DNA of 64,000 bases from a bacterium (GTDB lineage: Bacteria > UBA8248 > JACPRG01 > G963555815). Within the stretch, counting starts at the first letter, position 1. Every line of letters begins with the position of its first letter. The notes beneath the pieces are model-generated. The model was not told the origin of the DNA. It saw only the letters and a program-made list of their open reading frames with translations, and searched no databases. Positions 60,249 through 64,000 of this stretch are shown in pieces. The position numbers and the translations under genes were made by a program. The stretch lies in contig CBDHDG010000005.1 in assembly GCA_965261595.1 (NCBI GenBank), positions 864,001-928,000 of the forward strand. The letters run 5' to 3'.

Positions 60249-62631
60249 TCACCCGTCCAGCCGCTCGATTCGGCAGCGGCTCGACCGGTTCGGCGTGGCG
60301 CCACTCACCGGGTCCACCACATCGCTCCCGATGATTCGGTTGAGGTTGGCTCCCGATTCCGAGAAGACGTCGTAGCCCGGAAGCTCCAGCTCTTTGCATT
60401 CCTGCCACCACCCGTGCTGGGTGCACACAACGTCGAGACGGATGGCGTCGGTCACGCGGGCCCGCATGCGGACGCTGCCTTGCGGGGTCTTGAGGCGGAC
60501 CCATTCCCCGTCGGACACCCCCAGCGCGCCGGCGGTTTGGGGATGGATGTCGACTTGGGGGTCCGGCCGCAGCTTTCTGAGGCTGGGAATGGCCCGGTGC
60601 TGCCCGTGGCAGAACTCCAACACCTTGGCCGTGATCATCGTGAGGGGGTAGCTTTCCGGATCGTCCGCCCCGGCCGGAAGCGGGGGCTCGAACTTCGGCG
60701 TCGGCGGCTGGCCCTTCTCAAGGAAGGATTCCAGGTAGAGCTCCACACGGCCCGTGGCGGTTTTGAATCCCCGGGGACGCCCGGTCTCCGGATTGGTTTC
60801 CCGGTATTTATGGTGTTTGACCGGAACGTTGACCTGTATCCCCGCCGGATTCTTCTCCAGATCCTTCAAGGTGAGCCCCGTGGGCGCGAGCTGGGCGTTG
60901 TAGGCGGCCCGGATGTCGCCGTCCCAGAACTGATCGCCCAGCCCCAGGCGCTTGGCCAGCTCGAAGATGATCTCCATGTCCGGCCGCGACTCATGGAGCG
61001 GCGGGACGATCCGCTTGCGAAGCTGGACGAACGTGGGCGCGTCGGTTCCCTGGAAGCCCGCCTTGACGTGGATGGATTCGAGGAAGGTCGAGGCGGGAAG
61101 GAGAATGTCCGCGAACCGGGCGACCGGCGTCTCGAACAGCTCGGCCAGAACGAAGAATTCAAGTTTCTCCAGCGCCTTCTGGCCTTCGAGGGTGTCGCAG
61201 GTCGAAAGGAGGATATTGCCGCCGAAGCTCACGATGGCCCGGATGGGGTAGGGCTTCCCCGTCAGGATGGCGCGAAACACCTCGTAAGGCGGAAGGTGGG
61301 CCGTCGTCCTGGGCGGGCCGAGGGGAAACCGCTCCCAAGCCAGGTTCTTCTCCCGCCTGCCGGGTGGCAGCAGGTGGACGCCGGCGACGCCCATCGCCCC
61401 CGCGCTCGGCCGGGCGATGTTGGCCCCGGGCGCGTCGATCTGACCCGTCAGGCTGAACAGCACTGAGATGGCCCGGTTTGTCTGCGTGGCGTTGGGGTGC
61501 TGCTCGACGCCGTTGTACGTGTAATAGCTGGAAGGTTTAACAGTAGCGAGCATGCGCGCCGCCCGGCGGATGTCGTCTTCGGGAACCCCCGTGATCCGGC
61601 TCACCTCGTCAAGGGGCGTCCGCCCGGCGGCTTCGACCAGGTGGTCCCAGGCCGTCCGGTAGGCGACGGTCTCCCCCGTCGGAAGCGGCGCCGTCCCGGC
61701 GGCGGACAGGGCGGGCGTCAGGGCGAGCGCTTCAAGGTCTTCCAAGGGATGGATCGCGCGGAGCGTCCTTCGCTCTTCGTCCCAGACGATGAACCGGTCT
61801 TCGCCGCCCTCGGGGTCGAGATCGCTTTCCCGCAGGAAGCGTCCTGTGTCCTCGCGGACGGCGAACGGCCCCGTCGTCCAGGTCCGGGCGAACGCCGGGT
61901 CGAACAATTCTTCCGCCAGGAGGACTTGGAGCATCCCCAGGGCCAGGCAGCCGTCGGTCCCGGGCCGGGACGGGCAGCCAGAGGTCCGCCTTATCGGCGA
62001 GGGGGATGCGCCGGGGGTCCACGACGATGAACTTGGCCCCGCGGTCCAGGGCCCGGAGGATGCTCCGGTAATGCCCGCGCCAGGTGTTCTCCGGGTTGTG
62101 GCCCCACAGGACGATGCAGGCCGTCCGGTCGAAATCCGGTTCGGCGATGCCGCTCCCGTAGGTGTAGCGGGAGGCGAAATCCTTGTGCCAGTTGCAGATG
62201 TACATGGCCGAGGAGATGTTGGGGCTGCCGAAGGTGAAGGCGAGGCGGTGGAACCAGGTGTTGAAGTCGCTGGAGGCGGCGCCGCCGGGCGAAGCCCGGT
62301 GGAAATCGACCGCCTCGGCCCCGGAGGCGTCCCGGATCTCCAGCAGCTTCTCGGCGATCGCGTCCAGGGTCTCCTCCCAGGTGATTCGCTCCCAGCCGGG
62401 ATCGGGGGAGGTCTTCGGTTTCGTCCGGCGAACGGGGTGTTTCAGGCGGTCCGGGTGATAGAGGAGCTCCGGCAGGGCCCGGCTCTTGGGGTCCAGCTCG
62501 ATCTCGTGCGGTCCGTTGGGGTGGTCGGGATCGGGGCGGACCTCGACGAGGCGGCCGTCTTCCACCACGCAGATGATCCCGCTCTGGGTTTTGCTCTGTG
62601 CGTCGTAGGTTCGGATCTCGGTCCTTGGCAT
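60249..62631 (-). pseudogene. Molybdopterin (Mo/W-bisPGD) oxidoreductase, acetylene-hydratase-like, single frameshift
   Basis: HPDRLKHP, WERITWEE, GSPNISSAMYIC, LWGHNP, VVDPR, ADILLPA and HGWW motifs; one extra base near 61968 splits LPVRPGTD. Confidence 0.87.
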
Positions 62632-62683
62632 GATCCTTTTCCCTTTCACAGCCCGCGGCGCCTTCTCTTCTCAAGAGGGGAAA

Positions 62684-63472
62684 TCACCCCTCCTCCAATA
62701 TCGCGACCGCCCGCACCCAGCCGGCGCTCCCCCGGGTGATCCGGATGGGAAAGATGGAAACCTTGAACCCGAACGGCTCGGGGATCAGGTCCAGGTTCGC
62801 CAACTTCTCCACGTGGCAGTATTACCGCTCTTTTCCTACGAAGTGGGCCGGGCAATAGGCCGCCTGGTTTCCGGCCTTGAGGTCTTTCGCCATGTCGGGC
62901 AAGGGCCGGTCGAAACTCCAGGCGTCGATCCCCGCGACCTTGACCCCCTGGTCCAGGAGCCAGAGCGTGCTCTCCCGGCCCATGCCGGGCTGGTTCAACA
63001 GGAAATCCGGTTTCTCGTACCGCTTCGTGGCGTCCGTTCGGATAAGGACGATGTCATAGGGCTTGATCCGGTATCTGATCTTCGCGACCGCTTCTTCCAT
63101 GTCCGGGACCGTGATCAGGTCCCCGGCCCCCTTGTGAGTCATATCGAGGACGACGCCGTCGGAGAAGCACCAATCGAGGGGGATCTCATCGGCCGTGCGG
63201 GCGGGCGACCCGGCGCACGTCGGCGAGAAGTGATAGGGAGAGTCGAGGTGGGTGCCCGAATGGGTGTTGATCTCCACGTCTTCGGCCGCGAGGGCCTGGC
63301 CGTCCGGCAGAAGGTCCGGGTCGAAGCCGATCCGCTGCGCTATCCGCCGTGCGCCCTCACGGTGGTTCCAGGGAGAGATGCGCACATGATCGCGATCGAA
63401 GGAGAAATTCTGGAGCGGAACGCTGAGGTCGATGCAGCGGATCCCCGGCCGTCCCTCCGATGAGTTCGACAT
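62684..63472 (-). pseudogene. Cyclase family protein with nonsense mutation (paralogue of 38459-39247)
   Basis: Same 789-bp length as the paralogue; TAA at 62822-62824 where the paralogue has Glu; the frame continues YCHVEKLANL...AILEEG. Confidence 0.88.
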
Positions 63473-63532
63473 GTCGATTGTCCTCCCGCCTTCCGCGCCC
63501 TGCGAGGTTTGAAGATCGGCCTTGCATGACAG

Positions 63533-63557
63533 GGTGGGCCGGGCATCCTGCCCGGCC
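63533..63557 (+). repeat. REP-like palindrome
   Basis: GGTGGGCCGGGCATCCTGCCCGGCC, same family as 29961. Confidence 0.6.
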
Positions 63558-63608
63558 GGATTCAAGACTCCGGATTCCCCGCCGTGCGGTCATTTTAGCC
63601 CTACGCGC

Positions 63609-64000
63609 TTATTTGCCTTTGGGCCTTTCCAGGTTGAACAGCTTCAAGGCGTTCTCTCCCAGGATGTTCCGCCGGCCCTGATCGCTCAGGAAGGGGAGAT
63701 CGAAGATCGCGCTGGGCGGATCGAAGTCCCAGTGGGGCCAGTCCGAGGCGTAGAGCAGTTGGGTCTCGGCGTTGATCATCTTGAACGTAAGCTCCAGGGC
63801 TTCGAGGTTGTCGGCTTCAAGGGGTTGAGAGGAATAATACATCTCGCGCATGTACTCGCTGGGTCGGCGTTTGAGGAGCGGAACCTCGGAGACCCGCTTC
63901 AGGAATTCATTGTCCAGCCGCTGCATGAGGAACGGCAGCCAGGCCAGGCCGCTCTCGATCCAGATGAGCTTGAGGCCGGGGAATCGCTCCGGAAGTCCGT
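63609..64000 (-). CDS. Amidohydrolase_2 family protein (ACMSD/LigY-like), 5' part outside the window
   Basis: PERFPGLKLIWIESGLAWLP, YASDWPHWDFD and ILGENALKLF motifs. Confidence 0.88.
   Translation of the reverse strand, partial: GLPERFPGLKLIWIESGLAWLPFLMQRLDNEFLKRVSEVPLLKRRPSEYMREMYYSSQPLEADNLEALELTFKMINAETQLLYASDWPHWDFDPPSAIFDLPFLSDQGRRNILGENALKLFNLERPKGK

Noticed and set aside
49801..62824. Stop-codon reassignment or pyrrolysine/selenocysteine explaining in-frame stops
   Set aside because: The interrupting codons differ (TAG, TAA, TGA), all three end normal genes here, and the cyclase TAA is one substitution from the paralogue's GAA.

Overview
High-GC bacterial window, mostly minus-strand catabolic operons; the taxon cannot be fixed from sequence alone. 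No rRNA, tRNA or CRISPR array was recognised. Layout: (1) 1-10.7 kb, a CoA-dependent operon (M20 deacylase, PaaK-like ligase, Cys-less 4-hydroxybutyryl-CoA dehydratase/HpaB-family protein, SDR, 3-hydroxyacyl-CoA and acyl-CoA dehydrogenases, acyl-CoA ligase, deleted M24 peptidase, cyclic amidohydrolase). (2) 11-20 kb, cysteine hydrolases, a BMP-type nucleoside ABC transporter, a broken UbiD and a THI5-like binding protein. (3) 20.6-27.7 kb, a cupin-Rieske-LLM-SDR-hydrolase-SDR-TPP catabolic cluster. (4) 28-40 kb, mixed genes (hydrolase-methyltransferase fusion, DUF3750, cyclases, M20s, macro domain, pcaHG, YqgE, DUF6282). (5) 40.4-52.7 kb, a decayed accessory island with IS1380, two IS3 elements, inverted-repeat-bounded miniature HUH/Y1-transposase derivatives, nucleotidyltransferase and PIN remnants, ComDE-like genes and a broken M64 peptidase. 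(6) 52.7-64 kb, hydantoinase A/B, an inactive+active S1C protease pair, an acetylene-hydratase-like Mo/W enzyme lacking its Fe-S cysteines, a cyclase pseudogene and an amidohydrolase. Many genes carry single lesions, some of which may be assembly errors. Best leads: the Fe-S-less Mo/W enzyme, the IR-bounded HUH mini-elements with a duplicated gene 3' end, and the circularly permuted alpha/beta-hydrolase-methyltransferase. All family calls come from motif recognition by eye, not database searches.
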